Below are positions 34,816 through 48,215 of a DNA stretch of 64,000 nt, piece by piece. Position numbers and translations under genes: made by a program. Within the stretch, counting starts at the first letter, position 1, and each line of letters starts with the position of its first letter. Under the pieces are notes generated by a model. The model did not search any database, was not told the DNA's origin, and was given only the letters and a program-made list of their open reading frames with translations. Origin of the DNA: Mobula birostris (Eukaryota); the NCBI RefSeq assembly GCF_030028105.1, contig NC_092401.1, positions 29,626,399-29,690,398 of the forward strand. The letters run 5' to 3'.

Positions 34816-37800
34816 CCTGACTTGCTAAACCTCACTGCACTTTGAATGCTGTGCCGCCAAAAGAAAAGGAGAAAAAAAAAGGGCTGGGGGGAGGGAGTAG
34901 AATGGGGGAAACATTGAACTCACTTGGAGCAGAGAATTCTCCTCTTGTCTCTCACCCACCTCCCCATCCCATGCCAAAAATCAACCATAGCTTTTGTTTA
35001 TACCAGACAGTGCATCTGCCTAGTTGACAATGCTGCATTTTGGCCAAATGTGCTACTTAATACTGACCAGCAAAAAGGGAGGTGATTAAAACCATAGTGA
35101 AGGCTATGCTCGAACAGCTCAAAGGCGTTTGGTTTTTTAGCTTTCCTTTGCACATGCAGTATTGATGGCCTTCATGTTGATTGCCCTTGCATGCTCTGGG
35201 ACAAAGCAGCAACTTTGTGCTTTGTGTCTTTTAGAGGAAATTTTCTTCCTGTTGTCACACAGGCATGGGGATGGGGGGCAGTTGCCACGATGTCCTTCCC
35301 TCGGAGGCTGCTCCCAGTTGTGATTAGCTTTGGGCTGAGTTTAGACAGGGGGCACCTGAATAACCCTCTCTGAAGAGCTGGATGATTCCACTCAAGATGT
35401 GGAGTTGAAGAATCATTTGAATGGAGGGGCACTGAACCTTGATTGTATCTTTGTCAGACTCCGGATATAGTCACATGTGGCTAGGGTGTGCTGTCTATGG
35501 CGATGTGCTGTCTTGGAACCTCTGCACAGGGAAGGTGCGTTATTGCCATTTCTCTCTGTGTGGCTGCGCTTCAGCTGCTGAGATGGAGCTAGCCTCCAGA
35601 CAAATGGAAAGCACATGAATCTCCATTGTCTCTACGCCAGCCCTGAACTGCAGTACACAGATAATGTTTCTGTATACACCTGGAGTAGAGCTTGGAATCG
35701 GTGTGAGCCCTTTCAGCGCAGTCCGTGAGAGAATGTCTCCTCACTAAACATCCTCACCAACCTGGCCTGGCCACACAGCCAATCCTGTGACTACGGCACT
35801 CAAATATGTGGATCTCTCTCAATGTTGAGAGGTATGCCTTGGCGAAAGCAGGTATTGATGCAATGTAACTAACACAAACACATGCACATGCATACAAACA
35901 CACACTCTCTCTACCTACCCCTCCCTCTCTCGAGCTGAGGAGAGGAGATTTTGAGCATCAGGCTTGTTGTTGACCAGGCTGCAGTGATCTGCACACAACT
36001 TGTGCTTTGGAACCATGGATTAGCGGTACCTTAAAGCACTGAAATGTTTCACCAAATGCTGACTCTGCAGAATCCTCCCCATTCATTAGTAAACCAACCT
36101 GCATCTTCTGCCAGGCAAGCATTGCTAACACTGAGAAGTACAGTGTTCATTCTGCTCTGCTACCCAGACTGTGGACACACATCACCACCAGATCTTCTAA
36201 TGGTTCGTCCACTCCGTGTTCTATCCGGCAAGGGATTGACCTCCTTCCAGGTGTTACTTCACTGGCCCATGGAAGTCCCTGACCTTTGACCAGGTGCAAT
36301 GGAAGAGCACATAGGGGATGACTAATTTCCTGGGGGTATTTTGGTGGAAACACAGAGGCGCAACTCAAACTGTCCATACACCTGAGTTGTCAAGCATGCA
36401 TTTGCCTTGTCCACAGTGCTGGAGTGGGAGAAGTTGCTGCTTTTGAGCATAGCAGTGTTGCATGGGTGGCCTTGTTTCCGGGTTTGGATGCCACGTGGCA
36501 TTCCTGTGTCCAGCTGCTGCTCACCAGTCAGTGAATTAATAGTAGCCCTCTCGCCCAAGGCTTCAGAACCCATTACTGCAGCCTACCTATGTTCCACAGG
36601 GGTTGGGATCCAGCTTAGACTTTCCTGCCTGAATGCTGAGAACTCTTAACTGCAAGGATGGGACAGGTTCTTTGAAACGTAGTGGAAAGATTCAAATAAG
36701 TAAGCTGTGCTGTGCCTTGTACCACGTTGCAGACTGTGCTGAGTAGGAATGTGTTTTTCAGTTGCATCTGCCCCTAATCCTGACCAACAGGCTCTGGGTG
36801 CTTCCCACCACGGTGGGGGGAAAAGGGCTCTGAGTTGCATTGGCGTGCTTGGAAGTCTCTGGCAGTTGGATTCTAACACTGGAGACCTGGGAGAAACCTC
36901 TCATTCCAGACACATGGAACGCCACAGTTACCTGCAAGCTCTGAGGGATTCGCCCAGTTTACGGCACTTGTATGCTCTAGGGATCTCAAGTTGATGTAGG
37001 ATTTTTTTTTAAATCTTGGTACTCATTAACTAGCAGTAAATGTTAATATTAGTACTGAAAGTGACAAGCGCAGGAAGACTAATTCATCAAATAACCAGCT
37101 TCTTTCACTGCCCTTGAGCGATGTTGGTAGATGCCCCTCTCCTGTTCTCCCTCATGTAAGGGAGATGGTTTCAGTAGATCACGTAAAGGTTTTAAAGTAA
37201 ATTATTTCTATATTTATAGACTGCTACACCATTCTGTCAGTGGCAGCTGTGAGTGTGCTGCCCTTTGCTGGCCTCTGCAAGGATGTTTTCTCTCCCATCA
37301 GGTATTAAGCTGGCCTGTGAGGGAAGCCTGCTACCTGGCAGAGTCATAGGCAGCCATGTACCTTAAAGCAAAGGTTCACTGGGCATGGTTTGATTATGAA
37401 TCCTGAAGTGTTAATCAATTCTGGTTGTTATTACTGCTTTTCCCAGTGGGTAGCTGCCAGCTCTGTAGGGATACATTCCAGGCCTGGACTCCTGCCTATT
37501 CTCTCCGAGCCCTGCTGTCATGTAGCCAATAATTTGGGTGCATTGCTGGTCAACCCCTGGCCAACATCACTAATTCTTCCAACACTTTGTACTGAAAGTG
37601 TTCAAAGAAGGACTTTGTTTTTCAAATGTTCATGTTTTTTCACCTGGGGTGTGAAAGTTGCCAAGAAGCTGTTTTAGTTCCTGGAGACTGACGGAGAATT
37701 CTGGAAGGTTCTGTGTGTCTCAGATCAGTTGACAGTGACTATCCTAGGGCCTGCAGCTGGCGTCTCTCTGAGCAAGCTTGAGCACTCCTCTCAGTTAATG

Positions 37801-39510
37801 CCCCCAGTGCCCTGAACTAGGCCACAAGTGACACCTGGATGTTAAATGTGCATTTGTATAAAATTCTCCTGTTTCTAGGCAAGGTGTTGATGTAAAAAGT
37901 TAAAATAATCTAACATAAGATGGTGTCATTGCACCCAGGACACTCAGTTGTTGAGCTTTTTATTTTTGATTTTGTTGTTGACCAGTCGGAGTAGTAAAGA
38001 ACTTTGGTCTTACCAGGGATGTCTTGGTTTTCTTCTTGGAAATGATTTAGACTGGGTTTGGTTCCAATTGGTGACTGCAGTTGTTTCACCCCAGAGTTTC
38101 ACTGTGGGTCTCTTGTTTGACCACAGGTGTAGGGCATCAGTCTAGCATCTATTCCCAGTTCACTTCCACCTTCCTGCAGCAGACTCCCCTCAAATACTCC
38201 CTTGCTCAATCCAGTGATGCCTGGTCTCCGTTCCCATACCAGCTGGTGCCTTTACCGGACAACATCAGGTGGAACCTCAGAAGTGCCTGTTAGCCCTTAT
38301 GCTGCCTCAGAACCCTATAGACTGAAATGTCTCCGGGATTCCACCCAGCTGCATAGAGCATGTCTTGGTGACTTGCTTTTTGCATCTGTGATGCCCTGGT
38401 GCTGTTCCTGAAATGGATCTGAGTTGATCCCATTGATGGAACATGAACCTTTGGTGAGTTTATATACTGTATTCAGGTGTGGATTTAATGTAAACCTGCA
38501 CATTCTGTGATGGAAAGGAATGCATATGCAGAAACAAAAAACTGCAAAAATACGTGTAGAAAGTCTGTCTATGCTCTTAGGAATGACAGAACTGGCTGTC
38601 AAATTATGTTGTAAACAGGGATTTTGAAAGGAAACATGAAAAGTAATGAGGGAAAGTGTGACTTTGAATTGGGCTCTGGACTATGTTTTCTGCCAGTGTC
38701 CCTTACTCATTATGGGGACTTGGTCCATAACATCAGAGATCTTGGACTGTTACATGCAGACTTGGCATTAACAAACAGCTTCCACTATCAGATGGACTAC
38801 TGTTTGAGGAATGGCAGTGCTAGGACTGCACATTGAAAGCACATGGCCCAGGCAGGAACACAAAATGCAAGTAATTTTAGCATTACTTTATTGGATGGGG
38901 AAGTTTATAATGAAAGTAATCAAGGATCAACTTTATTCACCGTATACATTTTATATATAAAAAAATTGTAATGACGGGGTTAGGAGACCTATTTCAGTGT
39001 GGCTAGGGTTCTCTGCCAACAGGTAATAGAATCTCAGTGAGATTAGAGTCTATGTTGATAGACAGCCTAGTGTTAAGAAGGTCATCACTATCTGACTGAC
39101 AGTTGGAGCGCTAGAGAAAAATAGCCAACACAATCTATAAAGAAAATCAGTGTTAATTGCACTTTTTGAAAATTTTGCATGCTAATCTTAGCCAATGTAA
39201 GCTTGTATCCTGTAGTTAGAGGTGTAATTGTGGATATATAGAGATAAATTTTGAATGTTCAGTTGGAAGTACAAGTCAAGAAATATAAAACATTGAAATA
39301 GTGCTGTGCTGGAATCTTTCTGTGTTTACTCCTGCAGATTGTCACTGCATTATATTGGCAGTTTAATTTACACATAACTTCCCATATCAAGGATGTGTTA
39401 TCAGTTCCTTCAGCCATGCTGAAGCAAATCTTTCATCTGCACAACTCTCATAGGCCACACAGGTGCACACTTGACTTTAGATTATCCTTCTGAGCAGTGG
39501 TTCTTCCATA

Positions 39511-40603
39511 TAGAAACATAGGAAATAGGTGCAGGAGTAGGCCATTCAGCCCTTCGAGCCTGCACCGCCATTTATTATGATCATGGCTGATCATCCAACT
39601 CAGAACCCCGCCCCAGCCTTCCCTCCATACCCCCTGACCCCTGTAGCCACAAGGGCCATATCTAACTCCCTCTTAAATATAGCAAATGAACTGGCCTCAA
39701 CTGCTTCCTGTGGCAGAGAATTCCACAGATTCACCACTCTCTGTGTGAAGAAGTTTTTCCTAATCTCGGTCCTAAAAGGCTTCCCCTCTATCCTCAAACT
39801 GTGGCCCCTCGTTCTGGACTTCCCCAACATCGGGAACAATCTTCCTGCATCTAGCCTGTCCAATCCCTTTAGGATCTTATACGTTTCAATCAGATCCCCC
39901 CTCAATCTTCTAAATTCCAACGAGTACAAGTCCAGTTCATCCAGTCTTTCTTCATATGAAAGTCCTGCCATCCCAGGAATCAATCTGGTGAACCTTCTTT
40001 GTACTCCCTCTATGGCAAGGATGTCTTTCCTCAGATTAGGGGACCAAAACTGCACACAATACTCCAGGTGTGGTCTCACCAAGGCCTTGTACAACTGCAT
40101 TAGTACCTCCCTGCTCCTGTACTCGAATCCTCTCACTGTAAATGCCAGCATACCATTTGCCTTATTCACTGCCTGCTGTACCTGCATGCCCACTTTCAAT
40201 GACCGGTGTATAATGACACCCAGGTCTTGTTGCACCTCCCCTTTTCCTAATCGGCCACCATTCAGATAATAATCTGTTTTCCTATTTTTGCCACCAAAGT
40301 GGATAACTTCACATTTATCCACATTAAATTGCATCTGCCATGAATTTGCCCACTCACCCAACCTATCCAAGTCACCCTGCATCCTCTTAGCATCCTCCTC
40401 ACAGCTAACACTGCCACCCAGCTTCGTGTCATCCGCAAACTTGGAGATGCTGCATTTAGTTCCCTCATCCAAGTCATTAATATATATTGTAAACAACTGG
40501 GGTCCCAGCACTGAGCCTTGCGGTACCCCACTAGTCACCGCCTGCCATTCTGAAAAGGTCCCGTTTATTCCCACTCTTTGCTTCCTGTCTGCTAACCAAC
40601 TCT
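39511..40603 (-). mobile_element. Young 5'-truncated CR1 with an uninterrupted RT C-terminal reading frame
   Basis: 324-codon stop-free ORF 39600-40574 ([50 protein letters not shown]), followed by 3' UTR and a ctatgtttcta tail. Confidence 0.95.
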
Positions 40604-41903
40604 ACACCAAGGATCCCCACCGCTATTTTAAAGTCTTCAGACCTCAAACATAGTCACTTTAAAACCCAAACAGGGTAAGACATGTTTCACAAGTGTGTAG
40701 TCCAGGCCTGTCCTTTGATTTGTGTATACATTACAAGTTTATAGTTTACAGTTGCTGCTGGCTACATAAATGATGTAAAACATGTCTATTTTTAAAAAAT
40801 AAAGAAACCTACAGGCTGATTTGTATCCATGGTTTTATTGGTGAGGCAGTCTGGATGCCTGTTACTGCTCCTTGGAGATGTTTGTTTGGCTGACCTGTGC
40901 AGGAGGCAAGGACAGAAAGGCCTGTCCCCAAACCATTGGCCTATAGAGGAGCAGCAAAATGAGAGTGTAAAGGAATAGGAGGGTGTAAGAACTGAAGTGG
41001 AACAAAGCCTTGTCAGCAAGAAAAAGATGCTCTCCAATTAAATAGTAATGTAATCAGAGTAAAAGCTCCAAAACAATAAGCACTTCTACCAATCTAGTCC
41101 ACACCAACCACAGCATCTTTCCTACCAGTTGCCTGTGTTCAGCCCTTAACCCTCCAAGTCCTTCCCTTCCATGTACACACCCAAATTTCTCCTAAATGTT
41201 GCAATTGTATCCCACTCAACCACTGTTCTGGCAGCTTATTACATTAAGGGTAGAGGACCAGGAAAGAAATGACCTCTCTTAAAAATCTTGTCTTTTGTCT
41301 AGTTTTGAACTTACCAACCCTGGGGAAAGGACTGACTGTCCATTATATCCATACCCCTCATGACTTTATAAATTGAGGTCACCTGTCATTCTCCTTTACT
41401 CCAGGAAAGAAAGTTATAGCCTGGCTGACCTCTCAAAGTACAGCACTGAAACAGGTCCTTTGGCCCAACTAGTCAATGGCAAATCCATTTAAGCTGCCTA
41501 CTCCTGTTGACATAGCCCTCCATATTCATACCCCTAACCCATGACCTCTGGTTGTAGTCCACCCAAGCTTGGTGGGAAAAGGCTGCTTGCATTTGCCCTA
41601 ACTATAGCCCTCAATTTTGTATACCTCTATCAAATCTTCTCTCAATCTTTTACATGCTAAAGAATACAATCCTAACTTATTCAATCTTTCCTTAACTCAG
41701 GTACTCTGGAGCCGGCAACATACTTGATAATTTTCTCTGCACTCTCAATCTTGTTTACATTTTTCCTGTAGGTAGGTGACCTCAACTGCGCACAATACAC
41801 CAAATTAGGCCTCACCAACATAACATCCCATCTTCTGTACTCAATACATGGAGTACCAAAAGCTTTCTTTATGACCCTATCTACTTGTCATTCTACTTTC
41901 AAT

Positions 41904-42806
41904 TGTGACGAGAATACACATAGATTAAGATGTTAGCTGTCCTGTGCTGGCACCAGTGGAATCAGCAGTTGGTCTGCCACCTGTCTTCAGGAGAAAGAGA
42001 GATAAGGAAAACAATGGAGCAGCATTTGGAGATGTTAATGAAGGGACGGGAGAGTTTAACGGAAGGAGAACTGTCAAGATCGGCTCCCCCTTTGAACCCT
42101 GAACTGTTTGAAGTGATGGACAGGCGATACCCCAGCAGGGGGATAAAAAGGGACAGGTTCGCTAAGGCAGGACACACACGACACCCTGAGGTAACGAGAC
42201 CCTGGAAGCGGTGCGTCTCCCACAAGTCGGTGGGGAGTTTTGGACGGCTGGTCGCGGGATCAAGCCATAGGCGCACAGGGTGGAAAGGCACGATCGGCGG
42301 GAACCTGGTGTGTGTCCACCCTTGCCTGGGTGCCAGGTTCACCGCAGAGAAACGATCGTATCTGGAAACAGAGGGGTCACGGTTTGTGACCTCAGATGAC
42401 ATCACAAAGGGCTCGCCTGAAAGCTGACTGCGAAGAATGTCGAAGGTCTGTGTGGAAGCCGTTTGAATATTCATTCGTTTTTGCTCTCTCTCTCCTTCCC
42501 CTCCACTGTCCATCTCCCACGGCAGCGATTACTGCGAACTGAACTGAACTAAATTGAACTGAACTTTGCGTCACTTTGAAACTGGTCATTTACCCCCAGA
42601 CAATGATAGAGCTTGATTGATCCTGTTATCTTAATTCTGTGTATATGTGTGTTTATTAGTGCTGAACTGTTGCATTTATTATCCTTTTGATTAGAGTACT
42701 GTGTTGCTTGTTTCTTTAATAAACCTTTCTTAGTTCTAGTAATCCAGACTCCAACTGAGTGATCCACTTCTGCTGGTTTGGAAACCCAGTTACGGGGTAC
42801 GTAACA
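41904..42806 (+). mobile_element. Solo LTR (903 bp), probably Gypsy class
   Basis: Termini TGTGAC...GTAACA. Flanks caat/taat form a 4-bp TSD with one mismatch. TATA-like gataaaa at ~42142, (gaact)n at 42536-42565, AATAAA at 42718. The host CR1 continues across it. Confidence 0.85.
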
Positions 42807-43358
42807 TAATGAATAGTGTACCTGTATTCCCAGGTCTCTTTGTTCTATCATACTCCTCAGTAACCTACTATTCACTGTGCAAGACCTACCTTGGTTGGTG
42901 CTACTAAAGTGCAACACTTCGCACTTGTCTGCATTAAATTCCGTCTGCTATTTTTTTTCCAGCTGATGCACATCCCTCTGTAAGCTATGATAGCCTTACT
43001 CACTGTCCACTACACCCCCAATAAAAAAATCTTTGTCATCTGCAAAGTTGCTGATCCAGTTAACCACATTATCATCCAGATCATTGATATAGATGATAAA
43101 CAAAGGACCCAGCACCAGTCCCTGCAGCACATAGCTAGTCACAGGCCTCCAGTTAGAGAGGAACCCTCTACTACCACTCTCTGGCTTCTCCCACAAAGCC
43201 AATGTCTTATCCAATTAATTCCACATCCTGAATGCCAAGTGACTGAACCTTCAACCAGCCTCCCATATGGAACCTTGTCAAATGCTTACTAAAGTCCATA
43301 TAGACAACATTCACTGCCTTGCCTTCATCTACTTTCCTAGTAACTTCCTCAAAAGACT

Positions 43359-43471
43359 AAACAAGCAACACACACACACACAAAATGCTAGAGGAACTCA
43401 GCCGGCCAGGCAGCATCTGTGGGGGAAAGAAATATAGTCAACGTTTCGGGCTAAAACCATTAGGTAGGACT
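43359..43471 (-). repeat. Hammerhead-family short element inserted in CR1
   Basis: (CA)n-aaatgctagaggaactcagc..agtcaacgtttcgggct..aggact, with gact on both sides. The host CR1 resumes at ctaagattgg. Confidence 0.7.
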
Positions 43472-45134
43472 CTAAGATTGGTTAGAGATGACCCATCATG
43501 CACAAAGCCATGGTGACTATACAAATACTTGTATATCCAAACCTTTAGAACACCTAACAATAATTTCCTGGTTTATTTTTCAGTGCCTTTCTTAAACCAC
43601 AGAACAGTATTAGCTGGTACCACACCTATCACTAAGGATGATTTATCCACCCTAATTTGCCTCAAGACAGCAAACATCCCCTCCTCTGATCCATTTAGAG
43701 TCCATGACCTCGCTTTACCTCACTTCTAGACTGTGTCCATTTCCTGAGCAAATGGATGTAAAAAAAAATTAAGATCTCTTGGCTCCATGCATAGATTACC
43801 ATTACGATCTTCTAGAGGACCAACTTTGTCCCTTGCAATCCTTTTGCTCTCACCACATCTGTATAAATCCCTTATGATTCTATTTCACCTTCTCTGCTAG
43901 GACAACCTCATGACTTTTAGTCCTTCTTAAGTGTTCTCGCATTTCTTGTCCCCCATAAGCACCTCATTTGTTCCCTCCTGCCTATACCTGCTGTGCACCT
44001 CCTTTTCTCTTAAGCAGGGCCTCAATATCTCTTGAAAACTAAGGCTCCCTACATTTGTTATCTTTACCTTTATAAGCTGACAGGCACATACAAGATTTGT
44101 ACTCTCAATTTAATATTTGAAGCCCTCCTCTTTTCAAATATACCTTTGCCAGAAAACAGCCTGACCCAATCCACACTTGCTAGATCTTCTGATACTATCA
44201 AAATTGGCCTTTCTCCAATTTAGAATCTCACCTGCCCTGCCTCATTAGCATATGCTCTCGTTGGGTCTTCTATGTACTAATGAAGGAAGCTTTGCTTAAC
44301 ATATTTAACAAACTCTATCCTGTCTAGTCCTTTCATAGTACAGTACTGGATTCCCTTCAACATCTGGAAAGTTTAAACCACTTACTATAACAAACTAATG
44401 TTTCTTGCACCAGTCTGCTCTTTACAAATTTATCCTCTAATTCCCTCTGACTGTTGGGTGATCTGCAATATAGCTCCATCAACGTGGTCATACCTTTCTT
44501 ATTTCTCAGTTCCACCCATAACTCCTCACTAGTCGTATTCTCCAGTCTTCCCCTCCTAATTCCTCCCACTGTTAGATCTAAAACTGAACCCCAGAATATT
44601 GAGCAGCCAGTTCTGCCCCTCCTGCAAACAAGTCTCACTAATGGCTAGAACATCATAAATCCAGGTAGCCCCGAGCTCATCTGCCTTTCCTACAATACTT
44701 CTTGCATTGAAATATAGGCAGCTCAGGATACTAGTTGTACTATGCTCCCTAAAATTCAGGTCCTCTAGAACCATTTTCATATACATCTGCAATTTCACCA
44801 GCTCAAACATGCCTTTCCTATAATGGTGACCAATAGTGTACACCAACAACTTGCAACTGCAACATAATGTCCTATTCCTGAACTCGATGCCTGACTGATG
44901 AAGGCCAGAATGCTAAAAAAAAAATCCACCTTCACCATCCTGTGTATTTGTGCAGCCACTTGCAGTGACCTGTGAACTCGTGGATCAAAGGAGCCCAGGA
45001 GTACATGTCAGTGCTTTTCCATTCACTGTGTAAATCTTACGGGTTTGATGTCCAAAATAAGTCACCTCATACTTATCCAAGTTGAACTACCATTCCTTAG
45101 CCAATCGCCCTAACCGATCAAGATCCCCTTGGGA

Positions 45135-46600
45135 GACAGTGGTCATAATATGATAGAATTCACCCAGCAGCTTGAGATGATGATGAAAGTCAGATGTACC
45201 AGTATTACAATAGAGTAAAGGAATTACAGAGACATGAGGGGAGCTAGACAGAGTTGATTACAAGGAGACACTAGCAGGGATGACAGCAGAACCACAATGG
45301 TGGGAGTTTCTGGAGACTATCCAGAAAACACAAGATAGAAACATCCCAAAGATGAAGTATTCTAAAGGGAGGATGAAGCAACCATGACTGACGAGGGAAG
45401 GCAAAAGAGCGGGCATACAATATAGTAAAAATTAGAAGTTAAGAGTATTGGGAAATAAAGCAACAGAAGGCAACCAACAAAGCCAAACGAGAAAGATAGA
45501 AAATGAAGGGAAGTTGGCCAGTAATATAAAAAGGGGATACCACATTTTTTCAAATATATATTGATATTGGACTGCTGGAAAATGACACTGGAGAGGTAGA
45601 AATGGCACAGAAACAAGTATTTGTGTCAGTCTTCACTATGGACTTCTAGCAGTATGCCAGAAATTCAAGTGTCGGGGGCAGAAGTGAGCGTTATTGCTAT
45701 TACTAAGAACGTGCCTGGGAAGCTGAAAGGTGTGAAGGTAGATATATCGATGGACCAGATGAAAGGAAAGAAGAGCTAAAGAGATCATGGAGACATTAGT
45801 AATGATCTTTCAAGAATTACTAGATTCTGAATGGTTTTGGAGGACCGGAAAATTGCAAATGTCACTCCACTCTTTGAGGCAGAAGAAAGGAAATTATAGG
45901 CTAGTTTGTCTGATTTCAGTGGTTGGGAAAATGTTGGAGTCCATTACTAAGGATGAGGTTTCAGGGTACTTGGATAAAATAAGTCAAAATCAGCATGATT
46001 TCCTTAAAGAGAAATCTTGCCTGACAAAACTTATGGAACTCTTTGAGGAAATAACATGCAGGATAGACAAAGGAGAGTCAGAGGATGTTACTTACTTGAA
46101 TTTTCAGGTGACCTTTGATAGGTGTCACACATAAGGCTGCTCAGCAAGATAAGAGCCCATAGTATTACAGTAAAGATATTAGCATAGATAAGACAATTGG
46201 CTGACAGGCAGGAGGTAGACTAGGAATAAAGGGAGCTTTTCTAGTTGGCTGCTGATGACTACCAATGTTTCACAGGAGTCAGCGTCATGACTGCTTCTTC
46301 TCACATTATATGTCAATGATTTGGATGACAGAATTGATGGCTTTGTGGCCAAGTTTGCTGATGATACAAGATAAGTGGAGGGGCAAGTAGTGTTGAGGAA
46401 GCAGGGAGTCAGCAGGACTTAGATTGGGAGAATGGGCAAATTACCAGACAGAATACCGTGTATATGGAATATAATGTACAGCCATGCACTTTGGTAGAAG
46501 GAATAAAGACAGATTATTTTATAAACAGGCAGAAAACCCATGGGGTTGAGGGAGACTTGGTGTGCTGAATGGCATAATTCTGCTATGTCTTATGCTCTTT
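45135..46600 (+). mobile_element. Decayed CR1 ORF2
   Basis: KGNYRLVCLISVVGKMLESI..KSCLTKLMELFEE and aagtttgctgatgatacaag. Confidence 0.85.
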
Positions 46601-47294
46601 AATATGTTTCAATTCTGCAAATACCACCATCCATGATGATCTTCCCTGGGGTACGGGAAACACGAAGAAATGACTATACTTTACAAATGATATACAGTAC
46701 ATGTTACATTTACATGTTTAACTGTAGAGTTGAGTGTTACAGTCCTCACTGCAATCCAAACTGAGTAATTTCACACAGAGTCACAGCAAATCCAGGTAGT
46801 TGGAGACTGCAGGCGGTGGCCACATCCCAGCATAAGAGATGGTAGAGGTGTTAGAATGCTCCAGTGTGAGGTCCTTGGCTGACAACCGCTGTTAAATAAT
46901 CATTTTATAGTTGTTTGTCAGGTAAAATAAGACCACTGTGCCCAACATTAACCGAGAAAGGGCAGAAGCAATAGTTACCTGGCAAACAATTATACCCAGA
47001 CAGCTGGGGAATTTTTAAGAGACCTCCTGTCCCAAGATATTAATAATAATTCACTAGATTAATGGTATTCCACTGTGTCAAAATGTGTGTGTCCAAAAAC
47101 AGCTCCCCCCACACCCAGTCTCACTCCAAAGCTCAGAGACAGCAGTATTATGACACCACGGTGGAGTTCACCCAATTATAAATGCAAAACATTGCTAGTG
47201 TTACTGTGTCAGTATGTCAATGACTGTGTGCCGGTATTTGTATGCACAATCTTGTCAGTATCTATGTCAGTGCACGTGTCTGTATACCCCAAGG

Positions 47295-48215
47295 CTGATT
47301 TATTTCCCTCTCAACCACATTCTCCTGCCGTGTCCTCATAACCTTTGATGCTCTTTCCGCTTTACATATATTCAGTGATTTGGGCTTCCACAGCTGTCTG
47401 TGGCAATGAATTCCACAGATTCATCATCCTGTAAAGAAACTCCTCCACATCTGTTCTAAAGGGGAGTCCTTTTATTCGGAGTCTATGCCGCTTCTAGATC
47501 TCGCCCACGATTGGAAACATCCTCTCACCATCCAACTTACAAATTTGATAGATTTAATGAGATTCCTCTCCAGTTATTCTGAACTCCAACGAGTACAGGC
47601 CCAGAGCTAAATGCTCCTTGTATGTCAACCCTTTGCTGTTGCTGCGTGCTGCGATCACCACCTGGATACTAACTAATTATTTCTTGAACAGATTCTCTAC
47701 AATGCCAGCACATCTTAAGCAGCCCAAAGCTGCTCATAATGCTGTAAGTGCAGATTGAATAATGCCTTATAAAGCCTCAGCATTACATCCTTGTTTTTAT
47801 ATACTAGTCCTCTCGAAATTAATGCTAACATTGCATTTGCCTTCCTTACCACCAACTTAACCTGCAAGTTAACCTTCAGGGAATCTTGCACAAGGACTCC
47901 CAAGTCCCTTTGCACTTATCCCCATTTAGAATGATAGTCTACACTTTTATTCCTTCTACCAAAGTGCATGATCACACACCATGTTCAATCCACTACTTCT
48001 TTGCCCATTCTCCCAACACATCTCGGTCCCTCTGCAGATTCCCTGCCTTCTCAACTCTCCACCCATCTTCATATTATCCACATAGTTGACCACAAAGCCA
48101 TCAATTTCAACATCCAATTCATTGATATATGACATGAAAAGAAGCAGCCCTAACTCCAACCTAGTCACTGGCAGCTAATCAGAAAAGGCCCCCTTTATTC
48201 CCTCTCTTTGCCTCT
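47295..48215 (-). mobile_element. Decayed CR1 3' half
   Basis: QRDLGVLVQDSLKVNLQV..MLRLYKAL. Confidence 0.8.

Larger units (their letters stand above)
41435..44720 (-). mobile_element. Long decayed CR1 hosting a solo LTR and a short repeat
   Basis: Endonuclease start CLYFNARSIVGKADEL..AISET near 44640-44720, EELWVELRNKKG, and NFADDK near 43040. Confidence 0.85.

Noticed and set aside
34881-34908. G-quadruplex candidate in the proximal 3' UTR
   Set aside because: Four G-runs are present but one loop is long; such motifs are common and nothing else supports it.
39577-40269. 230-aa + strand ORF
   Set aside because: It is the antisense shadow of the intact CR1 RT frame and has no independent protein features.
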